Numbered from the stretch's first letter, positions 1 to 11,139 are shown. The stretch: DNA of 64,000 nt from an uncultured Actinomycetes bacterium (GCA_963706025.1 CAVPLM010000005.1:896001-960000), one strand, 5' to 3'. Program-made: numbers and translations. Notes: generated by a model from the letters alone, not told the origin.

Positions 1-139
1 ACCGGCTGATGCACGGCGCACGACCGACTCGCCCGTAGCGAGACGAACCGAGGCGCCGCTGACTCGCGGGGCGCGCCGCGCGCGACCACCCGCTGACCTG
101 CCCGTCGAGCGCGGCGGCCGGCGCCGGCCGCCGCGCCCT

Positions 140-1013
140 CTACCGCTGGCAGACAGGACAGATGTTGACGTCGCCTCCCCCGAGGGCCAGCTTCTCGATG
201 GTGCCGCCGCACTTCGCACAGGCGCGCCCGCCCATGCCGGGACCCATGGCCGGCACGTAGCCGCCCGGGCGTCGGTACAGGTCGCGCCACTGGTCTTTGC
301 CGCCCAGCCGCAGTCGCTCGTCCATCACGAAGCGGATAGCATCGAACAGCGCCGACCGCTCGTCGGGGCTGAGATCCGAGGCTCTGCGCTTGGGGCGGAT
401 CCCGGCCCGGTAGAGGACGTCCTGGAAGGTGCTGTTGCTGATGCCGACCACCACGGCCTCTTTCCCTACCAACACCGTCTTCATGGCTTTGTTGGCCGTC
501 TCCAGCGCCGCGGAGAAGCGCTCGAGGGTGAACCCGCCCGCGTCCGGATCGAGGGGATCGAGCGTCTCGGGAGCGAAGTCCCGCGCGACCAGGTAGTGGT
601 GGGAGAGTCCGGCATCGCAGGTAGCCGTGACGCCGCCCATGCTGGTGATCCTCACCGTCAAGAAGGAGCCGTCTTCGAAATCCAGCCGCAGGTGGTGTTT
701 CTCGGGAAGCGATCCTTCTTGCTCCCACAAGAAGATGTCCCCTCCGTATTCGGGACTGATGACCACATTCTGCCCATTGTCGAGCTTCATCAGCACGGTG
801 TTCCCCCGCGAGACCACCGACTCCACCGCGCCGCCGACGAGCTGTCCGTAGTCGCCGGCCTCTCTGTTCATGAAGCCGATCTCCTGGAGCCGCCCGGTAT
901 CGCCCAAGCGCGAACCCGGTGACGGTCCTTCCGGCCAGCTCGTGCCGCATCTGGCCCGCCAGAATGGCAGCTTCCGGCCCCTCAACGCTCACCGCTCTTG
1001 CGCCGGCGGCCAT
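140..1013 (-). CDS. Fpg/Nei-family DNA glycosylase-like protein (H2TH + zinc finger), one frameshift near 905
   Basis: ATG at 1013 after GGAGGAGGAG gives MAAGARAVSVEGPEAAILA..., then shifts into ORF 140..985, which has H2TH-like VVGISNSTFQDVLYRAGIRP and C-terminal CAKC..CPVCQ. Confidence 0.8.
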
Positions 1014-1223
1014 GACTCCTCCTCCAGCTTGCCGAGGACTACTGAGAAACCTCCACGTTCAGTATCAGTGTAACGAGCGGCTTGGTCCCGCGAAAGCCGA
1101 GTGACACCCGTTTGGCCGCGGTATGTCGGCCCACCGAGTGCGCGGGCGCTGAGCATCGCCCCGCGGGCGGTTGTATTATTGCCTCCAGAGAAGGATAGAA
1201 ACGGAACCCTGGAGGATCGCCCC

Positions 1224-1937
1224 ATGAGCCTCGGCCCGGACGCGAGCGATAGCATAGGCCAGGCGAACGACAGCATCAGTCTGGACGAGATGAAGAGACA
1301 GGCCGCCCGGGCAGCGTTGGCATACGTGGAGGGCGGCATCATCGGGGTAGGGACCGGTTCGACCGTCGATCACTTCATCGACATCCTCGCCACCGTCAAG
1401 GAGCGTATCGAAGGGGCGGTCTCGAGCTCGGAGGCCTCCACCGCGCGTCTCCTGGGCTACGGAATCCCGGTCTACGACTTGAATGCGGTGGGAGAGCTCG
1501 CCCTGTACGTCGACGGCGCTGATGAAGCCAACGCGGCGCTCCAGCTCATCAAGGGTGGCGGCGGGGCGCTCACCCGGGAGAAGATCGTGGCGGCGACCAG
1601 CCGGCGCTTCGTGTGCATCGCCGACGAAAGCAAGCTGGTCGACGTCCTGGGACGCTTCCCGCTGCCGGTGGAGGTCATCCCCATGGCCAGGAGCCACGTC
1701 GCCCGGGAACTGGTGAAGCTCGGAGGCTCACCGGTGTGGCGCGAGGGCTTCGTGACCGACAACGGCAACGTGATCCTCGACGTCCACGGGCTCGAGATCC
1801 GGGAGCCGGTCGAGTTGGAATGCCGCATCAACGACATCGCCGGCGTGGTCACGGTGGGTCTCTTCGCCATGCGCCCGGCGGACGTCCTCATCCTCGGGAC
1901 GCCAAGCGGTCCGCGGATCCTGGAGCCGCGGATCTAG
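1224..1937 (+). CDS. rpiA: Ribose-5-phosphate isomerase A
   Basis: Motifs [34 protein letters not shown]; GGAGGA before ATG 1224. Confidence 0.95.
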   Translation: MSLGPDASDSIGQANDSISLDEMKRQAARAALAYVEGGIIGVGTGSTVDHFIDILATVKERIEGAVSSSEASTARLLGYGIPVYDLNAVGELALYVDGADEANAALQLIKGGGGALTREKIVAATSRRFVCIADESKLVDVLGRFPLPVEVIPMARSHVARELVKLGGSPVWREGFVTDNGNVILDVHGLEIREPVELECRINDIAGVVTVGLFAMRPADVLILGTPSGPRILEPRI

Positions 1938-2034
1938 TGACCGCAGACAGGCGAGAGCGTCACGTGAGCGACGGCGCCAGGCGAGCGACGGCGCCAGGCG
2001 GGCGACGGGGCCCGGCCGAGAAAGGACGAGGGGG

Positions 2035-2616
2035 ATGACCCGGTACGTCTTCGATCCCGAGGAACTGCAGGAGGCCGCCGACCTCGGTCGGGGTCAGCCG
2101 ATGGGCCACAGATGGGACCTCATCTATGACGACCTGCGGCTTCACCACCCCGACTGTCTGCCCCGGGGCTACCGGTGGACCTTCAATACCGCCGGCAACG
2201 TCGTCTGCCAGATCGCTCTCATCTACGCTTCACCGATGGAGTATGTGGCCTTCTTCGGTACTCCCCTGGGCGCGACCGGCTTCTCAGGGCGGTACCCCTG
2301 GGCGGACGTATGGGATCTGATGGTCGATGGCACCATGCGGACGTTCATCCCCGGCCAGTTCGAGCCCACCGTCTACGGACCGGGTGACTCCGCTTATCTC
2401 CCGAGGGGGATGGGGAAAGGGGTCCAGTATGAAGCCCACACCTGGATGATCGACTACGCCCGCGGTCTTCCTGTGACCATGCTGCCGTTCGGAGTGCTGG
2501 CCCCCTGGTTCTTCGTCGCCATGGACGGACGCGCGGCCTGCACCCAGTTGGCGGAGTACGCACGCCTGACAATCGCGAACTTCCGGAGGAAGCCTGCCCC
2601 CGGCCTGCGGCCCTAG
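2035..2616 (+). CDS. ERG2/sigma-1 receptor-like (sterol isomerase family) protein
   Basis: YVFDPEEL, YASPMEYVAFFGTPLGATGFSGRY and WMIDYARG match family hallmarks. Confidence 0.8.
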   Translation: MTRYVFDPEELQEAADLGRGQPMGHRWDLIYDDLRLHHPDCLPRGYRWTFNTAGNVVCQIALIYASPMEYVAFFGTPLGATGFSGRYPWADVWDLMVDGTMRTFIPGQFEPTVYGPGDSAYLPRGMGKGVQYEAHTWMIDYARGLPVTMLPFGVLAPWFFVAMDGRAACTQLAEYARLTIANFRRKPAPGLRP

Positions 2617-2691
2617 CCGGCGACCCTGGAGGGCGAAGAAGCTCGGCAGGACCCTCTCCGAGACCGATCAGGGCATCTGGCCTCGACCATC

Positions 2692-3468
2692 CTATTTGTC
2701 GCCCAGGCTCTTTGCGTCGCCGGAACTGGATTCGTTCACGTCGGCCTGGGGGCTGCCGTAATACTCGAGGTCGCCGGAGCTGCTCAGGTCGGCCTCGAGC
2801 CGGTCGGTCACCCAGATGATCGCACTACCAGAGGAGCTGAGGCCGACCGTAGCCGAGGAGCTGCGTAGGTCGCCGGCCTCGTAGTCGCCGGAGCTGCTCA
2901 GCCTCGCCTCCTGGCTCGTTACCTGCCCTCCGCCGATCGTCACGCCGCCACTGCTGCTCAGCCTCACCTCCAGGGAGTCGGCCTCGAGCGAGGCCAACTC
3001 GACGTCTCCCGAGCTGGTCACGTCCACGGTCAGATCCCCGGCCGTAAGCGCCGATGCGGTGACGTTGCCGGAGCTCGTCACCTCTATCGATTCCAAGCTC
3101 TTGACGGTCAGGTAGTAGCGGATGGCCTTCTTGGGTCGCAGATCGACATCTTCCGCCTCCTGGATACTGAGCACGCCGCCGCTCACCGTCGTCTCGAGAT
3201 ACTGCAGCAGGTTATCCTCCGCCTCTATCCGCAGCGACTCCTGGTCCCCCACCTCGATGGTCAGGTCGCCCAAGGTTCTCAGAGCGACGCCGCTGATGCC
3301 GCTCACCGGGCGGTCTTCATTGGTGACGTTACCCGATCCGCGCACGTTCTCCCCGTTTCCCCCCACGTCGATCACGCAGGCGGTCACAGCCGCCGCGCAG
3401 AGGATCAGAAGGAGGATCAACAAGAGGACCGGCGTTATCTTGAAGACTGAACGCAGAGACTTGCCCAT
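2692..3468 (-). CDS. DUF2807/head-GIN-domain lipoprotein
   Basis: Signal peptide with VTAC lipobox, GSGNV..EDR, IEAEDNLL, repeated SSG beta-helix units. Confidence 0.85.
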   Translation of the reverse strand: MGKSLRSVFKITPVLLLILLLILCAAAVTACVIDVGGNGENVRGSGNVTNEDRPVSGISGVALRTLGDLTIEVGDQESLRIEAEDNLLQYLETTVSGGVLSIQEAEDVDLRPKKAIRYYLTVKSLESIEVTSSGNVTASALTAGDLTVDVTSSGDVELASLEADSLEVRLSSSGGVTIGGGQVTSQEARLSSSGDYEAGDLRSSSATVGLSSSGSAIIWVTDRLEADLSSSGDLEYYGSPQADVNESSSGDAKSLGDK

Positions 3469-3481
3469 GCTCTTCTCTCCT

Positions 3482-4059
3482 TCACTCTCCGTACCCCCGC
3501 CCGACGCTCCAGGCGTCGGCGATGTGCTCCCCCACCGCCCAGTAGCGGTTATCGGGCATGGTCAACACGAACGGCCGCAACTTGACGATGTCGGGCTTGC
3601 CGTCGGGGAGCAGGAAGCGCTCCTCCGTCCACGTGCCCACGATGTCGGCCACGAAAAGCTCGTGGCTGCCCAGGTCGACGGTCTGAAAGAGCCGGCACTC
3701 CAAGCAGAGCGGGCACTCGGCGATCATGGGGGCGTGCTCGAGCGACCCGCGGTACACGGTGAAGGGCGCGCTCTTATCCACCCCGCGGCCGGCCGACTTG
3801 AGGCCACACCAGTCGGTCACCGCCACCTGATCGACACTGGGGATGCAGACGCTGAACTGCCCGTGCTCGCGGATACCGGCGTTGGTGGCGTGTGCCTTGC
3901 CCATGCCGGTGACCAGGCGCGGCGGGTTGAACTGGCAACGGTTGACCCAGGCCACGGCCATGAAGCTGGGGCCACCCTCCAGGTCCGCCCCGACGAGGCT
4001 CATCGGCATCGGGTACAGAAAGCCCTGGGGGCCGAGATCGATCTTGTGGTCGGGTCCAT
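3482..4059 (-). CDS. Flavin reductase family protein (frameshift just after start)
   Basis: KIDLGPQGFLYPMPMSLVG, HAPMIAECPLCLEC, GSHELFVADI; ATG 4059 is out of frame by one base in a C run. Confidence 0.85.
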
Positions 4060-4108
4060 GCGCATCCTCCCTTCGGTCGTCGTCTTCGCCGGCGCTCCGC
4101 TCGTCTCG

Positions 4109-4654
4109 CTAGTCCACCAGCAGAAAGGCGTAGCGGTTCATGATCTGCGATCGGTCTGTGAGCACCTCGATCGGGTATCCCAGCTTCCTGGCAGTCGCGA
4201 ACACGTCCATGGCGAGGGCTTCCGGGGTCGGTCGGCGCGATCCCGGGTTGCGGCAGTCGGTGGGGCTGGGGACACACTCCGGGCACAGCGAGCAGTCGCC
4301 CGGGAAGAGGACGACGGTCTTGTAGAAGCCGGCAAGGAACACAGCCCGCTCCAACTCGAGCAGCTTGGTGTTGATGTCGCGCTTCCAACGGTGCAGTTCC
4401 TGCGCGGTATCCCCCGCCTTCTGCAGATGAATGACCAGCACCCGCTCATACTCCCGGAAGAAGTCCCGGCAGTCCGCCACCGAGGGAACGTTGGGCGGGC
4501 AGCACGCCTGGCACCCGTACTCGTCGCAGGCATAGGTGCATTTCAGCCGCACCCACTGGCCCACGACCACATCCGAGCCGGCGGTCCATCGATAGTCGGT
4601 GAACCCCGCCGCCGTCGCCAGTCGCTCGAGAACGTCCATGCCGACTTCGTCCAC
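4109..4654 (-). CDS. DUF2284 Cys-rich metal-binding protein
   Basis: WVRLKCTYAC..YG..ACCPP, GDCSLCPEC, CRNP..RPTPEALAMDV. Confidence 0.85.
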   Translation of the reverse strand: MDEVGMDVLERLATAAGFTDYRWTAGSDVVVGQWVRLKCTYACDEYGCQACCPPNVPSVADCRDFFREYERVLVIHLQKAGDTAQELHRWKRDINTKLLELERAVFLAGFYKTVVLFPGDCSLCPECVPSPTDCRNPGSRRPTPEALAMDVFATARKLGYPIEVLTDRSQIMNRYAFLLVD

Positions 4655-4885
4655 GTATTCATTCTACTGAATGACCCCCGTTCTACAAGAGTCTGTCGAC
4701 GCGCCGCTTCCTGTGACGGTCTCCCCGCTGACCGGGGGTGGTCCCGGCCACTGGATAGAAGCGTTCCGGGCGAAGTCATTGGGAAACCGAACCCAGCCTG
4801 TTGCCTCTTCAGGTCGCCCGCACTACACTGGAACGGGAGGCACCAGACAGTGCGCGGACGAGTAAGACCGACCGTTGTGAGACCG

Positions 4886-6950
4886 ATGGGGCCCGGCATT
4901 ATCCTGGGCGCCGTCGTTTTCCTGAGCGCTTTCCTGGTGATCGCGGCTGTTTCGCTGGCGGTGACGGTGCCGCGCCACTCACTCCCGCAGCCTATACTCC
5001 CGCCGCCTATGCTCCCGCCGCCTGGCCTTCCCCGACGTCCCCGCCTCCCATCCCTACTACGACGCCATCCAGGGCATGGCCGACCAGGCCATCATCGGCG
5101 GTTATGCCAACGGCAACTTCGGTCCCGAGGACCTGGTCATCCGCCAGCAGTTCGCCAAGATGATCGTGCTCACCCTGGGACTACCGGTGATCGGAAGACG
5201 ACTGGCAGGACGCCAGCAAGCCCTTCCTGGATCTGGACCCCGACGACCCGGCCAAGCTCTACCCCCATGAATACGTGGCCGTCTGCGCGCTAAACAACAT
5301 CACCAAGGGCACAAGCGACCCCACCAAGTTTGCGCCCCTTAACAAGATCACCCGCCAACAGGTGATCACCATGGTGGTGCGGGCCGCCGATAACCTGGCC
5401 CCCGGCACCTTGGAAGCGGTACCGGCCGACTGGAACGACGGTGTACTTTCCTACTCCGACCCCACCCACGGGCCCAACATCAAGAAGGCCGAGTACAACG
5501 GTCTGCTCGCCGGCATCCGGGCTTCGCTGGCCACCCCCGGGCTTACCGGCTGGAACACCGGAGCCAACGCCAGCCGGGGCGAGGTGGCCCAGATACTGTG
5601 GAACCTGCTTTCTCTAACGCGGCCCGAGCCGGCTTCCGGCGATCTGCTGCATTTCTGGTGGGAATGGGACGGCCCCTGGAAGAACGCCCACGTGGAGAGC
5701 GTGACCGCTATCGCCGGAGGGCCGGAGATCACGGGCCCGATCTATCGCACGCCCTGGGTAACGGGATCCAGCACCATCGTCGCCACCGGAGAGAACGGTC
5801 ATCTGCTCGTCTACACTGTCGCGGACGGCCGGCACGACTGGAGCCTCGTAGACGTCTCGACGGCGACCGGCCAGACGGTCGCACCCGGTACGCTGGTCGG
5901 ACCCCGCCGCGAGGTCCCCTCGACCGGACCCGCTACCCTCAACATCGCCGCTCTCAACTCCAGCGCTGACCTCCTGCACTTCCACGCAATCGCCGGTGGT
6001 ACCTGGAACTGCGTGAACGTCTCCATGGCCACCGGGCACAAGGTCGCCGCCCTGAGCGAGGACACCGTCGCGGTGATGTCCGGCAGCGCCGTCACCCTGC
6101 ACTTCTTCGGGCGCACTCCCGCCGGTGATCTGATCGACTTCCAGCGCCCGAGCGGCGGCGCCTGGCTGGCGGTGAACGTCTCAGCGGCCACCGGACTGAA
6201 GATCCAGGGCGCGCCCATGTTCTTCTCCGACGACACCCTGACCCCGTCACCCATGCTCACCTGGCCGCCGCCAGCCAGTGCCGGCGGGCTCCCCTACCAA
6301 GCTGCTCCTGTTCCACTGCACCAACAGGGGGGTGTGGAGCGTGGAGGACGTCTCGGCCGGTACCGGCATCAGCTATGGCGGATTCGCGATGAGCACCACG
6401 AAGGACAGCGCGATCGCGAACCGCCTCCTTGTAAGAGCCGCCAATGGCCACCTGTGGGAGCTGCGAGAGAAGCGCGCCGTCGGTGTCCGCCACTTCGGCG
6501 GCCACCGACATCTCCGCGGTCATCGGTGAGACACTTCACGTGGTTGTGCGAGGAGCATACCGTCTTCACCATGCCGACCCATCCGGCAGTGCCTGCCACC
6601 GAAACGCACTTCATGGGAATCAACACTGGCCGGCACCTGGTGGAGTTCTGGGCGGATGCTCAGGGGACCTGGCGGAAGGAGGACCTGTCCGATACCGTCT
6701 CGCAGCCGGTCATCCAGCAGCATCGACTGGTGGTCCACCTCAGCCCCCCGAGCGACACACAGAGGAACAACATGGGGATGAGCCCCGACGGTCATCTGGT
6801 CATCGTCTGGGGAGACCCCGGCACCCGCGCCTGGGAAGCGTTCGATGCCTCGGCCGCCATGGGCTACGAATAGCGGCCGGCTGGCATACCTCATCCTGGG
6901 TCGACGAGCCCGCCAATGACAACCACCTGGTAGCCATCGAGGGGGACTGA
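4886..6950 (+). CDS. Secreted SLH-domain protein with C-terminal lectin-like beta-propeller repeats (several frameshifts)
   Basis: Signal peptide, FPDVPASHPYYDAIQGMADQAIIGGY..RQQFAKMI, NASRGEVAQILWNL, then repeats of HLL.F....W...DVS spread over frames. Confidence 0.75.
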
Positions 6951-7014
6951 GCCTCTGAGCCTTCGCCGGCTCGGATCGGTGTCGTCCGGATGAATAGGGG
7001 AAGGCGTAGTGGGT

Positions 7015-8208
7015 TCAAGGGCCGAGCGCCGTCCCCGTGCCCCCCTTCGAGCTGCTCAACGTGAGGACGTCGACGGCGGCTATGGCCTCGGTCAGGTCCG
7101 CGCCGACTCCGGTGCGGCCGCCCCCCGGAGGCCCACCCGCCACCGGGGCAAGCGCGGCCAGCACCCGCGCGGTGGCATACGGCGAGGGCTCCTTCTTCTG
7201 ACCGAAGGAGAACTCCTCGAAGCCCTGGTAGCAGGAGCGCGGCGTCACCGTGCCGGTAGCTGGATCGACGTTGTAGGCGATGAGGCAGGCCGCGATCTCG
7301 GCTATCGCCCGCACGTCCTCGGGACGCGAGTCCCCAGCCCGCGCGTCATCGGCCGATGCGTCATCGGCTCGCAACTCGGTTGGAGCCCACAGCTCCGGAT
7401 AGCGCCCCACCGCATCCAGCGCCGTCAGCGCGTTGTACCAAGTAGCCGGCCACTTGACCCGCTTGAACTGCCTCCCGTGCCCGAACATGTAGGGCTTCTC
7501 ACTCCCCCGCTCGAGCCAGGCCCGCAGCGAGACCCGGGCCACGTCGATGAGCCACCCAGGCCGCTCCTCCGCGGGCAGGTAGGAGAACGCCCGCAGAGCC
7601 TGTAGCGTCACCAGCGGGCAGAAGTCCGCCTTGCGCCCGGGCCCGCGAAAGCTACTGGAAGGCTCCGGGCGGCAGGGCCAGGCCCGACCCTGGGCCAGGT
7701 CGGCTAGGTCGGCGCCCATCCGTTCCATGGCCCGCTTGACCCGAGGATCGCCCCTGCGGCCGAACCGCAAGAGCACCTCGACGATCGCGTGACTGTCACA
7801 CAGCAGCGAATGCCACGCCGGCTCGGACGCGCGCAGGCGGCCGAAGCTCTGGAAACGATCCTCCTCGTCCTGGTGGCACAGCATCGCATCGAGGACTCGC
7901 TCGACCCGCGGGTCCTCCCCGGCCGCGATCCCCATGTCCGCCAGGAGCCCGAGAAGATTCGGAGCGTAAAGCGGGCGGTCGTGCCCTGAGATCTCGTTCT
8001 CGGCCTCCCAGTCGGGAAGCCGCCCGAGCAGCGTGCCCACAGCCGGGTCCGCGACGACCGCCGCGTGCGCCGCCACCACCGCGGGGTCGTCTGCGGGCAG
8101 CCCGAGTATCCCCGTGAGCGTCAGCCAGCGCGCTCCCGGCTCAGGAGAAGCCAGGAGCCAGTCCACCGGGTCGGCGCCAAGGAGACGAGTGCGGGTCTGG
8201 GAGTCCAT
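7015..8208 (-). CDS. Prenyltransferase/squalene-oxidase-repeat-like alpha/alpha toroid protein
   Basis: MDSQTR..DPVDWLL start, HQDEEDRF, FGHGRQFKRVKWPATWYNALTALD, FSFGQKKEPSPYAT. Confidence 0.65.
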   Translation of the reverse strand: MDSQTRTRLLGADPVDWLLASPEPGARWLTLTGILGLPADDPAVVAAHAAVVADPAVGTLLGRLPDWEAENEISGHDRPLYAPNLLGLLADMGIAAGEDPRVERVLDAMLCHQDEEDRFQSFGRLRASEPAWHSLLCDSHAIVEVLLRFGRRGDPRVKRAMERMGADLADLAQGRAWPCRPEPSSSFRGPGRKADFCPLVTLQALRAFSYLPAEERPGWLIDVARVSLRAWLERGSEKPYMFGHGRQFKRVKWPATWYNALTALDAVGRYPELWAPTELRADDASADDARAGDSRPEDVRAIAEIAACLIAYNVDPATGTVTPRSCYQGFEEFSFGQKKEPSPYATARVLAALAPVAGGPPGGGRTGVGADLTEAIAAVDVLTLSSSKGGTGTALGP

Positions 8209-8496
8209 CAGATGCTTCTCCAGGCCTCCTTCATGGCGCCGGCCCCATCCCCACATCCCCACGCTTCGGCGATATCCTCCCCGACCGCCCAGCGGCGGTT
8301 GTCGAGCGTGGTCAGCGCGAGGGGCCGAAACTTGGTCGTCCTCGGTACGGTCGCGACTTCCCCTTCCATCATACCCGCCTCCGGGCCGGCGCTTTGCATT
8401 CCCCGTGTCCGAGCTTAGGCGGAAGCCATCGCGGGCATAGTTGTCCAGTAGGAGCTGCCCAATGAGAGCTCGTGTCAGGCTCAGCAAGGAGTGGCA

Positions 8497-9105
8497 ATGA
8501 AGATCGGCATAATCGGGGCAGGCACCGTGGGGGTCTCGCTCGCCAACGGGTTGGTCCGCCATGGGCACGAGGTCATGCTCGGCACCCGTGACCTTGCCAA
8601 GCCGGCGGTGAGGGACTTCGTCGCCTCTGGGGGCGGACGCGGCTCGGCCGGCAGCTATTCGGAGGCGGCAGCCTTCGGCGGCGTGGTCATCACCGCCTTC
8701 CCAGGGGCCCTGCTCGACGAGACGCTACCCGCGATCGGGCTGGAGAACCTTGACGGCAAGCTCATCATCGACGCGGTCAACCCGGTGATCCAGCGCGAAG
8801 GCCGGTATGTCCCAGCGTTCGGTGAGGACGAGTCGGCGGCGGAACGGATCCAGCGCGCGGTGCCGACTGCGACCGTGGTCAAGGCTTTCAACACCACCGC
8901 AGCTGCGCGCATGATCGATCCCGACCCGACGGATGGTCCCACAACGATGCCCATCGCCGGCGACGATGCCGCCGCCAAGGCCGTCGTGACCGAGTTGCTC
9001 ACCGACGCGGGCTGGAAGGTACGCGACCTGGGCGGGCTCGAGAAGGCCCGGCGCCTCGAGCAGCAGGTGGCCGACTGGGTACAGCGGACGTTTGCCGGAT
9101 CGTAG
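8497..9105 (+). CDS. NADPH-dependent F420 reductase family oxidoreductase
   Basis: MKIGIIGAGTVG Rossmann motif, IIDAVNP, VVKAFNT, AGDD; AAGGAG RBS. Confidence 0.9.
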   Translation: MKIGIIGAGTVGVSLANGLVRHGHEVMLGTRDLAKPAVRDFVASGGGRGSAGSYSEAAAFGGVVITAFPGALLDETLPAIGLENLDGKLIIDAVNPVIQREGRYVPAFGEDESAAERIQRAVPTATVVKAFNTTAAARMIDPDPTDGPTTMPIAGDDAAAKAVVTELLTDAGWKVRDLGGLEKARRLEQQVADWVQRTFAGS

Positions 9106-9265
9106 CGGCGACCGCGGCGCAACACAGGCCTAGGGTTCGCGCCCGCCGGCGTAGCCCGGTCTTGCGGTACCGCCTCCGAACGGAGCCAGCGCCGGAGCCC
9201 GTGGTACTACTCGACGGCCAAGGCCGAGCGCACGACCGCCTTCCCATTGCTCCCTGAGACCGACC

Positions 9266-11038
9266 TCAGTCGGCCCACCAGAAGGCCGGGGCGATCACCC
9301 TCATCATGTTCCACATCACCTGGGCCACCTCTTGCCGAGGCATCGGGGCGGTCCCATCGGCAGCGACCCCGTCGAGGGGAAGATCGAGGAGCAGGTCGTT
9401 GTACTGGGCGATGCGGGCGTTGGCCTTGTGCTCAGGCAGGAGATCGAGACCCCACGTCTGGGTGAAGGCAGGGGGAACGGGCAGCAGCGCCGAGGGGTGC
9501 AGCCTCTGCACGGCCCGCACGGTCATGGTGACCACGTGGCCCCGCTTGATCTCGGTGTAGGGCTTGAAGCTGCCGTCGTCGTAGCCTTTGACTATCTGGT
9601 TGACATAGGCCGTCCACACGAACTCGTGCGGGTAGAGATTGGTGAGGTCGTCGGCGCCCAGGTCGTTGAAGTTGACCGGTGGGGTCATGTCCTCCAGCAC
9701 GGAGAGACCCAGCGCCCCGTCGATCATCTTGGCGTACTGGGCACGGAGCACCGAGTTCGCCGGCCGGAACTGGGTGGTCCCATCGGTCTGCGGGTAGCCC
9801 CCGATGAGCCTCCGTTCCGCCAGTCCTTGGATGGCCGAGAAGTACGGAGCGCCCACCAGGACGTCATCAAAGAGCGGGAGAGTCACCGAATACACCTGCG
9901 TCCCGGAGCCGGGGCCGGTCGAGAAGACGAGCCTGCCCCGATCTATACGCGGATCGCTCGAAATGGCGACAAACTCGCTCAACTGGATCGTCTGGCGCGT
10001 GACGGTGTCGTAGGCGAACACCGCGGCGCTCTGACCGTCGTACTTCAGCCACGCCACCCAGCGTCCGTCGGTATCGATCCACTCGTCGGAGAGGAGATCG
10101 TTCGTGACCCTGGTGACCTCATCGGTCTTGATGCTGTAGACCCACACCTCCTGGTCTGCGTCGTCACCGGTCGCCCAGGCGATGGTGTTCCCGCGGAACG
10201 CCACGAAGATCTTCCGGCCCGGCGACTCCGCCGCCCCCACCGTCACCGCCGTCCTGCTTGTGAGGTCGAGCATCACGATGTCGGGGTTGCTCGACGGACC
10301 ACTCTCCCAGACCGCCCTTCCCTGGTCGAGGTTCACCCACGTGTACGCCACCGCATCGTCGGTCAGAACTTCCGTCTGCCCCGTGCCGATCGTGTACAGG
10401 AGCACCGAGGCAGGACCGCCGAGCGAAGGATTCTCCCGCATCCAGGCTACATAGCCCCCATCCACCACGGCCCCGTAGTCATGGGCCGGATCCGTGCTCA
10501 GCTTGGCGGCGGCCCCGTTCGCCCAGTTGTACAGGTGGATGTCGGTTTGGCCGCCCGGGGTCGACGAGTCGTTCCAGGCGATGTACTGCCCGTCGGTTGC
10601 GATACCGGCGAACTCAGAAGTGAGGGTCGTGATCAACCTCTCCTCGCCGGTCGCCAGATCGACCCCCCAGATCTTGTACGGCTTGGCCGAGAAATCCACC
10701 CAGACCAAGAGGTCGCCGGCCATAGCGTGGTAGTCGTGGTGGTCCGGCGCACCAACATGGGTGGAGACGACCCGGACTGCTTCGGTGAGCGAGTCGTAGA
10801 CGAACATGGCGTTGCCGGCCGGATCATCCCGAGCTGCGATCCAGGCCACCCGCCCCGCATGGACCGCGACTCCCCCGTTGTTGAGCCCCACGCTGTTGCT
10901 TACTATCTCGGACAAGAACGAGGGGGCAGCCTGGGCCGCGCCTCCGCCGACGCCGCAGACCACCGCGGTCGCCATCACCGCCACCAGTGCCACGACCATG
11001 ACCCAACGTCCCGCAGCCCCACACCTAACGGCTTTCAT
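9266..11038 (-). CDS. Secreted TolB-like beta-propeller protein with C-terminal SLH domains
   Basis: Signal peptide ending AQA, DG..VAW repeats, FDDV..PYFSAIQGLAERRLIGGY, RQEVAQVMWN. Confidence 0.85.
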   Translation of the reverse strand: MKAVRCGAAGRWVMVVALVAVMATAVVCGVGGGAAQAAPSFLSEIVSNSVGLNNGGVAVHAGRVAWIAARDDPAGNAMFVYDSLTEAVRVVSTHVGAPDHHDYHAMAGDLLVWVDFSAKPYKIWGVDLATGEERLITTLTSEFAGIATDGQYIAWNDSSTPGGQTDIHLYNWANGAAAKLSTDPAHDYGAVVDGGYVAWMRENPSLGGPASVLLYTIGTGQTEVLTDDAVAYTWVNLDQGRAVWESGPSSNPDIVMLDLTSRTAVTVGAAESPGRKIFVAFRGNTIAWATGDDADQEVWVYSIKTDEVTRVTNDLLSDEWIDTDGRWVAWLKYDGQSAAVFAYDTVTRQTIQLSEFVAISSDPRIDRGRLVFSTGPGSGTQVYSVTLPLFDDVLVGAPYFSAIQGLAERRLIGGYPQTDGTTQFRPANSVLRAQYAKMIDGALGLSVLEDMTPPVNFNDLGADDLTNLYPHEFVWTAYVNQIVKGYDDGSFKPYTEIKRGHVVTMTVRAVQRLHPSALLPVPPAFTQTWGLDLLPEHKANARIAQYNDLLLDLPLDGVAADGTAPMPRQEVAQVMWNMMRVIAPAFWWAD

Positions 11039-11139
11039 GGCCACCTCTCTTGTCTCGGGCAGAGTCAGTGCCCTCATCGTACCTGGGAGGGGGACGCCCG
11101 TAAAGCGGGCGCCTCCCATTTCGCGTGGGGCTTGTTATA

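Noticed and set aside
4767-4820. Possible three-way RNA junction with a GAAA loop upstream of the SLH gene
   Set aside because: Short stems are expected at this GC, it matches no riboswitch I recognise, and a TACACT -10 lies downstream of it.
3122-5293. 723-aa plus-strand ORF, and similar long ORFs such as 9332..11230, 13155..14786, 52785..54101, 60640..62259
   Set aside because: Antisense shadows of real genes in high-GC DNA; only the part of the first from 4886 belongs to the SLH gene.
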